This document shows, one piece after another, positions 27,400 to 39,501 of a stretch of 64,000 nucleotides of DNA. A model generated the notes under the pieces. It did not search any database, was not told where the DNA came from, and worked only from the letters and a program-made list of their open reading frames with translations. Location: NCBI RefSeq assembly GCF_009914755.1, contig NC_060929.1; one strand, written 5' to 3'. The position numbers were made by a program, and so were the translations under genes. How positions within the stretch are numbered: the stretch's first letter is position 1; every line of letters starts with the position of its first letter. The stretch comes from the human T2T-CHM13v2.0 reference genome, Homo sapiens.

Positions 27400-27565
27400 A
27401 GCTGAAAAAAACACCAGGATGACACAGTTTTTTGGACACAATTTTGAGGATGAGAGGTGGCGTAAAGCAGCTTTAAAGAATGCTTTTTCTTTGCTAGGCA
27501 AACAAAGATTTGAACATTCTGCAGCATTTTTTCTTTTAGCTGGTTGCCTCAGAGATGCAATTGAG
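27400..27565 (+). CDS. DMXL1: DMXL1 coding exon (~22): AEKNTRMTQFFGHNFEDERWRKAALKNAFSLLGKQRFEHSAAFFLLAGCLRDAIE
   Basis: ttatag|A...GAG|gtaatg, 166 nt, phase 2-0; conserved WRKAALKNAF.LLGKQRF motif. Confidence 0.97.
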
Positions 27566-28386
27566 GTAATGAGTGAAATTTAAATAACAAAGTATAGCAA
27601 TGTCATCTTTTAAAGCTCCTTAGTGCTTAAATTTTTATTTTTTTAAATTCAACTTTATTGGAAATAACACAAGGCCAAATATCTGAAATAACTGTTAATA
27701 TTTAATAAAGACATTTAAAATTTTGACTGTTAACTTGAACGGTATTTATACAGAATTAAGATTAACCAAATGGTGTTTGTTAGTTGGTAGAGATAGGTAA
27801 TTGATTTGACTCTTGAGAATATTCAAAAAATTAAAGGGTTTGTCCTACCAGTTTAAACATATTTGAACCCCATATCTGGCTCTCTATTATTTGATGAATG
27901 TTAGAAAATCCTTAACTGATTATTTCTTAGTAAACCTTAAAAAAATTATGAATATTTAAGATACAACATTTCTGTCTCAAATTGCCCTTTTGCTCAGAGT
28001 TTCATACAAGTAATTCAAAACAACCTTTTAATATGGAGACTAAAGTCTCCAGGGGCGGATGGAGAATAGTAGAGGTTCAAGACAGAAATAAAATAATATA
28101 GCTTAAATTGACGTCATTTAAATTATCCATTGTTTCCTCATTTAGTTTAATTTTTGCACATATATATATATTTAGTACTAGAAGGTAGGTTTGCAGTTAT
28201 TAAATGTTGTCAAGTAGATTTGCTAAAATCTAAAAGCAAGCAGCATATGTTTTGTTTCTTATCCTTCTTTGCTAATTTTGGATATTTATAAGCCTTTATA
28301 TTTTTCTAGTTATTAGTGAGTTAACAGAATTTATCCTAAAATGAAACCTGCTCCTGCTTATTTAAAAACAATATTTTTTTTTAAAG

Positions 28387-28648
28387 GTATGTCTTGAGAA
28401 ATTGAATGACATTCAGTTGGCTCTTGTAATAGCAAGACTCTATGAGTCTGAATTTGATACATCTGCAGCATATAAATCTATTTTACGTAAAAAAGTTTTG
28501 GGAATCGATTCTCCTGTCAGTGAACTGTGTTCATTGAACATAAATATGCATCATGATCCTTTTCTTCGGAGCATGGCATATTGGATTTTGGAAGATTATA
28601 GTGGTGCTCTGGAAACATTAATAAAGCAACCTATCAGAGAGAATGATG
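28387..28648 (+). CDS. DMXL1: DMXL1 coding exon (~23): VCLEKLNDIQLALVIARLYE...DPFLRSMAYW...PIREND
   Basis: ttaaag|GTA...GATG|gtaagc, 262 nt, phase 0-1. Confidence 0.95.
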
Positions 28649-29499
28649 GTAAGCTGCACTTCTAAGATGTTAATGATTAAGAATATTATTGGTAATTGCT
28701 ACATGTGCAGATCACTCTATTAGGTGGTAAGGGTAATACAAACAAATTGAATTCATGGTCTTTATAACAGTTTTTGGTTGGTTGTTTGGTTTTTTTCTCC
28801 AGAAAGATAAATCCTTTGAAAACAAAGAACGTTGGATTTTCTGTTTTTACAAAATAGATTTACATAAATATCGAACATAAATATTGTCAACACTTGAATA
28901 TAAACATTTTGAAGAAATACTGTTATAAAGCCAGTTTTTAAATCTTAGGTTGAATTTAGTGTGTTTGTCAATCAGTTTTAGAATTCTTACAGTGAAAAAT
29001 GTGTTCAGTGTAAAAACAAGTTGACTTAAGTGATGTGATAAGAAAATCTTTAGCTAGATGAACTTTTGACTGTCTTGTTATGAACTGGTAGAGCTTATGT
29101 ACTCTTTTGAGTCTGCTAGTACCTTTTCTTTTAGAAATCCTCTTTGCTAAAGCTTTCTTAGAGGCCAGTATAAAATGGAATTTTTTATATAGATGCATAT
29201 AAAAATGAGATTTACTTTTCAGATATGTTTTCATAGATTGAATTGTGTTTGGTAGCTGATAAAATAGGTATTATATTATTTGGAATACTAATTGGAAAAG
29301 GGTCTAGTTCATAGATTTTTATGTGCTATCATTTAATCAGGAAGTGGCCTTCGCCTTACTTCCTAAACCTTTGAGAAAGCTGTGTGACTCATTTGTTTAA
29401 GTCTCCTAGCCATTTAAGCTAAAGATTTTCAAACTAGCCTCTATGTAATGAAGGGAAAATGTAAATGCCTTTTCCAGCCACTTTCTTTTTTTAGTGTTT

Positions 29500-29961
29500 T
29501 TATTTAAAAAAAAAAAAATTAGACACAGTATCTTGCTTTGTTGCCCTGGCTCATCTCAAACACCTGGCATCTAGCTGTCCTCCCACCTCAGCCTCCCAAA
29601 GTCTGGAATTACAGGCATGAGCTACTGTGCCTGGCCCCCTTTCCCTTTCCCTTCCTCTTTCCTTTTGTCTTTTCTTTTCTCTTTTCTTTCTTTTTCTTCT
29701 TTCTTGAGGTGGAGTCTCACTCTCACCCAGGCTGGAGTGCAGTGGGGCTATCTCAGCTCACTGCAGCTTCCACCTCCCAAGCTCAAGCAATCTTCCCACC
29801 CCAGCGTCCTGAGTAGCGGGGACCACAGGTGTGTGCCACCATGCCTAGCTAATTTTTTTGTATTTTTGCTGGAGATGGGGTTTCACCATGTTGCCCAGGG
29901 TGGTCTTGAACTCCTGAGCTCAAAGTGCTGGGATTACAGGCATGAGCCACCACACCTGGCC
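29500..29961 (-). mobile_element. FLAM (~29500-29635) plus AluJ (~29640-29961) with CT-rich decayed tail
   Basis: Antisense monomer followed by antisense dimer; composite flanked by ccactttctt (29478, 29967). Confidence 0.85.
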
Positions 29962-30092
29962 CTGGCCCACTTTCTTATACTTAACACATATTCATGTAAA
30001 AATTGTATTTTGATTTGGGACTAGTACATTTTTACATACTTTTATTATGAATTAAACTTGTATTCTTCTAGAAGAAAATTGCAAAAAATAAT

Positions 30093-30690
30093 AGCGGCTT
30101 GGACCAGAATGATTGGAATGGAGGCAGAGAGATGTGGTTGGATTTGGGATATGATTTTAAGATTGATTACATAGGACTGGATTTGATAAGGAGTGTAAAG
30201 GAATTAGGAGTCAAAGGTAACTCCTGGCTTTTTAGATTGAACAATAGGTAGATGATATGGGGAAGAATTGTTTTAGATCATGGAGCTTTCTCTGATAAGG
30301 TGAACTTTGATCAGAGAACTGGTTGAAATGAGTGAGTTAATCAGTATAGATATAGGTAAAGAGTGGTTTGGGTCAAGGGCACACTAAATAAAAAGGCCCC
30401 AAAGCAAGAGTTTATACACATAAGTAAAAATGAAATGTAGGCCTTTGGATATAGGAGTTTAGGTTTTCAGTGTGAAGTTGGGACTGGAGATAGAGATGAT
30501 GTCCAAGTTATCAGTGTGTAGATGTTATTGAAAGTCATGGGGACTATATGAATTCAACTCAGGGAATATAGATAGAAAATAAGTCAGCAGTTGAACCCTA
30601 GGAGACTCTCAGTGTTCAAAGGTAGAGAAGATGAGGAGGACTAGCAAAGCAGACTGAGGAGAAGTGTTCAGGGAAGTAGGAGAAAAAGAA
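30093..30690 (-). mobile_element. L2 fragments
   Basis: ggagtcaaaggtaactcctggctttttagattgaacaa and ggactggagatagagat resemble antisense L2. Confidence 0.6.
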
Positions 30691-30973
30691 CTAAGAGTCT
30701 ATAACTGGACGTTTTAAATTATCCTAGAATATTACCTGAAGAGACTTGTTTCAATGGGAAAGCATCATAATCTTTGTTTTCCTACTTTGTTAGAACATGT
30801 TCATTATAAATGTGTTGTTGTCTCTTCAGTGCCATGGATCATTGTGGCCTATTAGTAAAATTTTGTCAAAAGACTCTTTAGATAAAGGTGTCATAGTAGA
30901 TAGAGAAAAGACACTACAATAGAAACACACAGTTCATAACTTTTCTTGGCTCATAAAATGAATTTACTTTCAG

Positions 30974-32064
30974 ATCAAGTTTTATCAGCCAGTAATCCTA
31001 CAGTTTTTAATTTCTACAATTATCTAAGAACACATCCTCTTTTGCTGAGACGTCATTTTGGATCATCTGATACATTTTCCACACATATGAGCCTAACAGG
31101 AAAAAGTGGACTGGCAGGAACAATTAATTTAAGTGAAAGACGTTTATTTTTTACCACTGCCAGTGCTCATTTAAAAGCTGGCTGCCCAATGTTGGCTTTG
31201 GAAGTATTATCAAAGATGCCTAAAGTCATCAAGAAAACAAGACCTTTTTATAGGGCTTCTAGTTTTCTGGATACTAGTAAAGACTGTTCTCCTTCTTCTC
31301 CATTAAAGTTGGATGCAAGGGAAGATAAGTCTTCTGCTGTTGATTGGTCACAGTCACTGATAAATGGTTTTGGATCTTCTTCAGAGGGTTCCTCAGAGAA
31401 GCAATCAAACTCCACTCTTTCTTTTGACTGGAGCCAACCAAGTGTTGTGTTTCAGGATGACTCTTTAGAGTTAAAATGGGACAGTGATAATGATGAAGAA
31501 AATGAGGATGTCCCTATTTCAATGAAAGAACTAAAACCTTTACAGAGAAAAACAGATAAAAAGTTGGATGACATAAGTTCTAACTACACAGAATCTTTCA
31601 GCACACTAGATGAAAATGACCTTTTAAATCCATCAGAAGATATAATTGCAGTTCAGTTAAAATTTAGAGCATGTTTAAAGATTCTCACAGTAGAACTTCG
31701 TACTTTATCTACTGGCTATGAAATAGATGGTGGAAAATTGCGTTACCAACTATACCACTGGCTTGAAAAAGAGGTGATAGCTCTTCAGAGGACTTGTGAC
31801 TTTTGCTCAGATGCTGAAGAACTACAGTCTGCATTTGGCAGAAATGAAGATGAATTTGGATTAAATGAGGATGCTGAAGATTTGCCTCACCAAACAAAAG
31901 TGAAACAACTGAGAGAAAATTTTCAGGAAAAAAGACAGTGGCTCTTGAAGTATCAGTCACTTTTGAGAATGTTTCTTAGTTACTGCATACTTCATGGATC
32001 CCATGGTGGGGGTCTTGCATCTGTAAGAATGGAATTGATTTTGCTTTTGCAAGAATCTCAGCAG
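30974..32064 (+). CDS. DMXL1: DMXL1 large coding exon (~24): DQVLSASNPTVFNFYNYLRTHPLLLRR...HGGGLASVRMELILLLQESQQ
   Basis: tttcag|AT...CAG|gtatgt, 1091 nt, phase 1-0; ORF 30946..32151. Confidence 0.97.
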
Positions 32065-32560
32065 GTATGTAATTTACTTGATAGTCAAAAATGGTACATG
32101 TCTAAAACTGTTTTTGGTGTTTCTTTTTTGGTTTTGAATACTAAGACTTGATTTTCTTTATTACGGTTGCTTTAGGGAAAGCTCCCTTTTGTGTGGTCCT
32201 TCATATTATGAATTATAGAGTTGTGTATTTATAGTAGTTACAGACGATTCAGTATCAGGCCTTATGACCTGCTTAATTCACACTCCAAAGTGTTGTCTGA
32301 ATGCCTTGTAGGGTGACAGACTTCTTATTGCAAGAGGATATTGTCTTATTTTTTTTTTCCCTCTCTGTGCCCCTAAATGTCTTATTTTTAAATATGATTA
32401 TTGAAATGCTGACTTCTTCACATCCCTTCTAACTCTAAGTTTCTATTATGCTTTTATTTTTTAATTGTTTTGAAGTGTTTTAAAGAGCCCTTGATTTACT
32501 GAAGTAATGGTTTGTAACTGTAAATAGTTGGTTAACCTTTTATCCCTCTTTGTTTTTAAG

Positions 32561-32752
32561 GAAACATCAGAACCACTATTTTCTAGCCCTCTGTCAGAGC
32601 AAACCTCAGTGCCTCTCCTCTTTGCTTGTACAGCCAATGCCAAAACAGTAGTTGCCAATCCATTATTGCACCTTAGTAATCTGACACATGATATTCTCCA
32701 TGCCATAATAAACTTTGATTCACCACCCCACCCTGATATCCAAAGCAATAAA
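32561..32752 (+). CDS. DMXL1: DMXL1 coding exon (~25): ETSEPLFSSPLS...PPHPDIQSNK
   Basis: tttaag|GAA...AAA|gtaagt, 192 nt, phase 0-0. Confidence 0.95.
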
Positions 32753-33840
32753 GTAAGTATGCTTGGTTTCAAGCTTTTACTTCATCTGTACAATGATAAA
32801 ACTACAAGATAAATATTAAGGCTTTTTTTTAAGTAATTTTAAACATCAGACTAAGCATAGCAATTGTTACATTGCCAAGTTTATGTTGATTCCTATTAAA
32901 GAAATCTTCTGGTTGTAGACTGGCTTATCTTACTCATGTTACTTACACCCGGTAGAGTTCTTGAATTTTTTATCACAATGCCTAGTTATTTAGTCTAGCT
33001 GCTTTAAGAAAAATAGGTACGTATGAGTCCTTTAGTAGTACATTTAACCAAAAAGCTCATTGTTTTTTAAATATAGAAACTTAATATTTTAATGTAAAGG
33101 CACTAATATGTAAACGAAGTTTTCCCTTGTTAATACTAAAGAAATCCACATTTTAAGGATAATGTGAACTATTTGCCCCTGTCATCCTTCTAGGATAGGC
33201 AGTACTTTGTGAACCAGCTACAACAGAATCAGCTGCAGTGCTTGTTAAAAGTCTGGATTCTCAAGTTCACTCCAAACTTATTCAATCAGTTTGTGAGAGT
33301 ATGTCCCAGGAATGTATATTTTTAAAGAAGTTCCTTGTGTGATTCTAATGCATGCAACTAATTATATTGTTATAGTTAATTGTCTAATCAACCAAAGCAT
33401 CCTATTCATCATTACTTTATCTGCTGTTAATGTCATATTTTATCTTTACTTTTCAGACATATTGAAATCCTTTGAAGTATAACTGACTTTGACCATTTTC
33501 ATATATCCCTAGTGGTTTTTGTTTTTTTTTAATAGTCTATCATGTAGCTCTCATCCACCTCACAGGTTGTATCACACCAATTCGATTTTCTGTTTTCCTG
33601 ATGGTGGACTGTCCTACAATTTTACCCTCTTTAGTTACCTTAATCCTTGTAATTAAATTTCACTACTTATTTTTCTGTACTGCTCTGTAGTATAAATGCC
33701 CATAGTGCTTATTATACAGTTTGGAATTTAATTTCTTTCAGATTGTGCTCATTTTAGCCAAACTATATTTCATATTTAAAACTAATTATAGCATACCTGT
33801 GGTGTATCAGTTACCTTTTGCTGCTTAAGAACTGTCCTGA

Positions 33841-34171
<331 letters not shown>

Positions 34172-34410
34172 TTAAAAAGCCATCATTTATTTTGCTTATA
34201 ATTCTGTGAGTTGGTTCATTAGTTCTTTGGTTTGGGCCAGCTATACTAATGTCTGGACTCTCTCATTCATCTTTGGTCAACTGGTGGGTTAGTCAGGTTC
34301 TAGATGATCTAAGAAGGCATCATTTACATTTCTGGTGGTTGGCGCATGTTGACAGCACTGACAGGAGAATCTGGGTCATATGTATCTCATCCTCCAGCAG
34401 GCAAGCCTAA

Positions 34411-34455
34411 TATATTTGTCTGGATTCACCAAAGAAACAGAATCAGTAGGATGTA

Positions 34456-34489
<34 letters not shown>

Positions 34490-34543
34490 TGTGTGTGTAT
34501 ATATATATATGTGTGTATATATATGTGTGTGTATATATATATA

Positions 34544-34611
<68 letters not shown>

Positions 34612-35044
34612 GAGAGAGAGATTTATTATAAGGAATTGGTTTATGTGGTTTTGGAGGCTGAAAAGTCCCAAGATCTGCAGTTGGCAAGTTGGACACCCAG
34701 GAGAGCTGATGGTGTAGTTCCGGTCCAAATCAGAAGGCCTGAGAACCAGGAGAGCTATAATTTAAGTTCAGGTCAGAAAGTCAGCAGGCTGAAGACCCAA
34801 AAAGAGCTGATGTTTTAGTTCAAGTCTGAAGACAGGAAAAGCAATGACCCAGCTCAGTGCAGTTAGATGCGAGTTACTCAGCCTTTTTGTTCTGTTCAGG
34901 TCTTGCCAGTTGAGTCTACTCACATTACAGAGCACAATCTGCTTTAATCAGTCTGATTCAAATGTTTGTCTCATCTGAAAACATTTCACAGACACCCAGA
35001 ATAATGTTTGGTCAAATGTCTGTGCACCCCATGGCCCAGTCACA
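34411..35044 (-). mobile_element. MLT2B-type ERVL LTR
   Basis: agaaacagaatcagtagga...gagatttattataaggaattgg...cccatggcccagtca; TSD-like cctaa/cctag. Confidence 0.8.
34452..34609. repeat. Compound (TG)n/(TA)n microsatellite
   Basis: Alternating TG and TA blocks ending in a long pure (TA)n. Confidence 0.97.
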
Positions 35045-36071
35045 CCTAGATTTTTTTCAAATGGTAGTTTCAGGGGTTCAAGAGCAGCAAGAATAGAATT
35101 TGCAAGGCTTTTTGAGGTGTAGATTCGGAACTCACACTTCACTTCTGTTGGGTCCTCTTGGTCGAACAAGTCAAGCCCAGCTCAGATTCAGTGAGTGGAG
35201 AAGTACGTCCAACTCTCTCTTGCAGAAGCTGCAAAATACTGTGATCATTTTTGCAAGCTCCCATATATAGTTTTTGTCATCTTCAATTATATAATATCTT
35301 TTAATTCATACTACGTTTTATTGACATTTGAAGGAAAAATTAGCAATTAGATTTGATCTGTCATTCTCCATTTTTATCTACAAAATGACTGGCATACTTC
35401 ACAATCAGATGAAGAACCTGGTCTTTTAATATTCTAGTCTGGTTTGCTTTCTTACCTAGCTGAAGTTTCTCCTTCATCCTCAGTTCTGCCTAATGTTATG
35501 GCCCTTGCCATGCCATGTTTAGAGTCTTCTCTTCCTTAAAACAAATGCCTGACTCCACTGCCTTTCAGTTACTGCCTTTTATACCTTATATCCTTTCTCT
35601 TTCTCTTTCCTCTAGTTTCACTCTCTTCAAATTGTTTTTAAGGTAACTAGAATATGTGGTAGCATATTCTTCAGTGACCTGTCCGTTGGTGAACTGTCAG
35701 TTATCAGGCTGTTTCTTCACATTTTGGTTGAGGAAAAAGCAGATTGAGTGTTGGAGGGCTTACTTTAATACATGGTTCATGCTCTACTGGAGAGCTGACA
35801 TCTGTTCCCCTTTGCTCTAGAAAAAGAAATTAGGTAGCAAATGTGTGTTTTATAATTTCTGCTGAAGACTTTAGCGTGTTTTCTTTAAATTTTCTGTAGT
35901 AAGACTCATGTAGATAAAAATGAGTGTTGTAGAAAAAAAGGAAATAGTTCATGAAGGCAAAGAATCAAAAATTTTTTCATTCTTTTAAAAATGCTGATTA
36001 TATTAGGTCTTGAAAAAAAATCTGCACTTTAAAAAGGTTATACTTAAAGTAATTTTGTTTTTGTTTTCCAG

Positions 36072-36148
36072 GTGTATGTAATGCATACTTTAGCAGCTTC
36101 ACTTTCTGCTTGTATTTATCAGTGCCTTTGTGGTAGTCATAACTACAG
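36072..36148 (+). CDS. DMXL1: DMXL1 coding exon (~26): VYVMHTLAASLSACIYQCLCGSHNY
   Basis: ttccag|GTG...ACAG|gtaact, 77 nt, phase 0-2. Confidence 0.94.
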
Positions 36149-38167
36149 GTAACTATCTTTTTATGAAATTTAAGAATGCTTACAGTAAGCAATGAGGTTT
36201 CATATTTTGTATGTTAGTGGTTTAGAACTATATATAACAGTCTTTTAAATAATGCAAAAAGCATATGGTTGAGGTTTTGAGTACTTTTTGTTCATATTTG
36301 AAATTTTTATGGCAGATGAATCTCAAACCCTTATTCTGTATAACTTATTTAGCAGCCTATTACTGGTCACTGCCTTATGTCAGACATTGTGATTGGCACT
36401 GAGAATTTTAACGCAAATAATATGATAAAGTCTATTTCTTAGGGCCAGTCTAGTTAGAGACAAACATGTGAGTTGATAAATGATATGTATATAATATGGC
36501 ATAGTACTAAAATGGTAACTATAATAAGACAGTAGATAGTAAAAGGCTCAGGGACCACATGGGAGGGAGTAACTTGGAATTGAGAAAAATTTTACCAAAT
36601 AATTGATGTATAGGATATTTCTCTGTATTTCTCTTTATGTTATAAAGTTTTACTGAAATTTATCTAGGCTTCAAAAAAATAGTTTGTTACCCTCTGGGGT
36701 CTTTCTATATCTATCTTTAGTTGTTTGAAGTACTCTATTTCTTCAAGTATTGTCTCATCTCTCTTCTATCTTTCCTATTAAACAGATATTGCAACTTCTG
36801 GGTCATTTCTTAATGTTCTTTAACTTTCCCCTCCTATATTCCTTTTCTTTATCTCTTTTTGTTTCATTTCAGGAGAAATTCTAGCTTCATTTTCCAAACA
36901 CGGATTCATTATTCAGCAATGTCCTGTCTTATTTAGCAAGAATTTATATTTTAGAAATTCTGTTTTTCATTTTCGGGATCTCTTGTTGAATTTAGTATTT
37001 GCTTCTGTTTCTATAACATTTCTTGATTAAAAAAAATTATTTTGAGTATGGAGTACTTTACTGATAAGTTGGGTTTCTCAGGTGAAGATCTTTTGTTGAG
37101 TTTGTTATTTCTTACATGGTGTCAGCCTTCCTTGTTAATTTTTGGTTGTCTGTCCAGTTTGTGTTTTTGAATTTTCTGTGGGTAGCCTTACTTACCACTC
37201 TGGTTGTATATTTCCCAAGGTAACTTCAACTTGATTTCTTTAACCCTCATCCTTCAAGAATTCACTTTCTTATTATTTAGGCTTTATTTTCATTAACTTC
37301 TTTTTATCTTTCCTATCTATGATTTCTATAGGAATGAGGGAGTTTTTTTTGTTGTTACTCTGCCATCTTGAAACTGGAAAGTAAAGCAAGGGAAACTACA
37401 AAGGCATCAAAATGTTATAACCAATGAGATTTGCCAATCATAACACATTTACACCAATAAATGCGCTATATTTAAGTATATTCATGTACTTAATGTATGA
37501 TATAGGAATTTCTAAAGGAAATTCCTTATACCATTTTCTGTCAGAATTATTTCATAGTTTATGTCAAGCTGCAGGTTTTTTTGTTCATTCATCTGTTAGT
37601 CTTAGCTTTGCATCTTTTACTTGGGGAAGCTTATCCTGAATTCTCAAATTGTGTGAAATACTCCTCTGTATTGCCTTGATAGCGTCATATGCATAGGTTT
37701 CATCTTTTAAGAGTAGTATGATAACATTATTTGTGTTTTGTTCCACTATTAAATTTTATGGGGACAGAGACATTGTTATTCCTTATATGCCTAGTACCTG
37801 CTACAGTGCCTGATGTAGGGTAGGCTAGCCATTATACATGAAAGTGAGCCTAAACGGACTTCATTTTCAACCAGATAACTATGTTTTTAAGTCAAATATG
37901 TAATCTTGCTACTTGTGGTACATAGCGATTTAGTTTTCTCATTTGTACTTATTCTGTCCCTTAAAATGTGTTTTAATTTAGAAAATGTGTATATTTACAC
38001 TTAAAGGATACTTTGTTTTTATATAGCACTAGACTGTACATTATATTACTTAGATGTACTAGCAGTATAATTAATAAACAAAAATTGATACTCTTGAAAG
38101 TAGATCTGAAACATGAAAATATTATATAAAATTTATCATAGATTTAAATATTGTTTTTTTCTCTTAG

Positions 38168-38295
38168 TTCATTTCAGACGAATCAGTTTACTGGAATGGT
38201 ATATCAGACAGTACTGCTTCCTCATCGACCTTCTTTGAAAACAGGAAGCTTAGATGAAGCATTAACTCCCAATACGTCACCAGCTCAATGGCCAG
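38168..38295 (+). CDS. DMXL1: DMXL1 coding exon (~27): SFQTNQFTGMVYQ...TPNTSPAQWP
   Basis: tcttag|T...CCAG|gtataa, 128 nt, phase 2-1. Confidence 0.94.
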
Positions 38296-38808
38296 GTATA
38301 ATTTTTATGTATAGATCAGTTTTTTCTTAGTCTTATTTATAATCTTAGATAAGTAGAAAGACTGTTTTAGTTTTGCCACATGATAATCATTGTTAAATAC
38401 TGTTAGAATTGATACCAGTTAAGTATTCACCACTCATTCTGAATTACAGTTACTTAACATTAGTATTCCCTTGATCATTATACTAATATAACTCAAATGT
38501 TTTGTAATACCGTTTTTTAAATCATTTTGCTTTTGACATACTAGAAAAACCCGTCTATGAAAATTTATCTATGACATCTTAGTCATGAAAGATTTTAATG
38601 TTTAATATTAAAGATTTTTAATGTTTCTCTCAAGTAACTCATTTGTGCTTAACTATAATAACCGCTACTAGTCTGTGAATCTAGGGAAGAAAATACAGTA
38701 TTAACTCCTGATGCAATACATTTTTTCCTGAAATTAGAAAAATATAGTTAATTTTTAAAATTTTAAAAATTTATAGTCAGTGACAGCTATGTTTGTTTGT
38801 CGTTCTAG

Positions 38809-39057
38809 GAATAACTTGTCTAATTCGACTTTTGAATTCTTCTGGCGAGGAAGCCCAGTCAGGGCTTACAGTCTTGCTCTGTGAGATTCTCACAGCAGTG
38901 TATCTTAGTCTCTTCATCCATGGCCTGGCCACACATTCAAGTAATGAGCTATTTCGGATTGTGGCCCATCCTCTAAATGAGAAAATGTGGTCTGCTGTGT
39001 TTGGTGGAGGTGCACATGTTCCTAGCAAAGAACAGACACATTCAAAAACTTTACCTG
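38809..39057 (+). CDS. DMXL1: DMXL1 coding exon (~28): ITCLIRLLNSSGEE...MWSAVFGGGAHVPSKEQTHSKTLP
   Basis: ttctag|GA...CCTG|gtgagt, 249 nt, phase 1-1. Confidence 0.95.
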
Positions 39058-39387
39058 GTGAGTTTAAAAAATTTTTTTAGGACTGAAGCTTTATTTATCT
39101 GAGTGATATCATTCTCAAACGTAATTACATTTTAATTTAGTTATAGAAAGTTCTGGTTAGAGACCATTTGCGAAAAGCATAAACAAATAGTCATACAGTG
39201 AAAATGCAGTATTAAAGTTTCTGGTGCAGTTTTTAATCTTTAAGATATTCCTGTACCAATAATTAGAACGATCTTATGTAAATTTATTAAATATTTTACT
39301 ACTGAAACTTTCATTTGTTTTGAAACACACTGTAATATTGGTTTTTGTTCTATCCCAAATACGGATTCTTTCTTCTTTCTTTGGCAG

Positions 39388-39501
39388 GAAGGCACTTTGC
39401 TATGCCTAGCCCCCACCAGGTAGTGGTATTCTCCATGGAATGTGTGGGCTTTTCCAAAGCTCTTTCAGCCATCAGTTCTCATAGCCCTCCCAGTCTTGCA
39501 G
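39388..39501 (+). CDS. DMXL1: Candidate DMXL1 alternative exon (GRHFAMPSPHQVVVFSMECVGFSKALSAISSHSPPSLA) with GC donor, or start of an alternative last exon
   Basis: Strong acceptor ttcttttcttctttcttggcag; open in phase 1; CAG|GCAAG after 114 nt; TGA at 39510 if read through. Confidence 0.45.

Noticed and set aside
34346-34818. Several overlapping ORFs rich in YI/CV/TH repeats
   Set aside because: Artefacts of translating the TG/TA microsatellite
39388-39419. 32-nt exon using internal donor CAG|GTAGTG
   Set aside because: Ends in phase 0, incompatible with the next exon; at most a minor NMD variant of the 114-nt candidate
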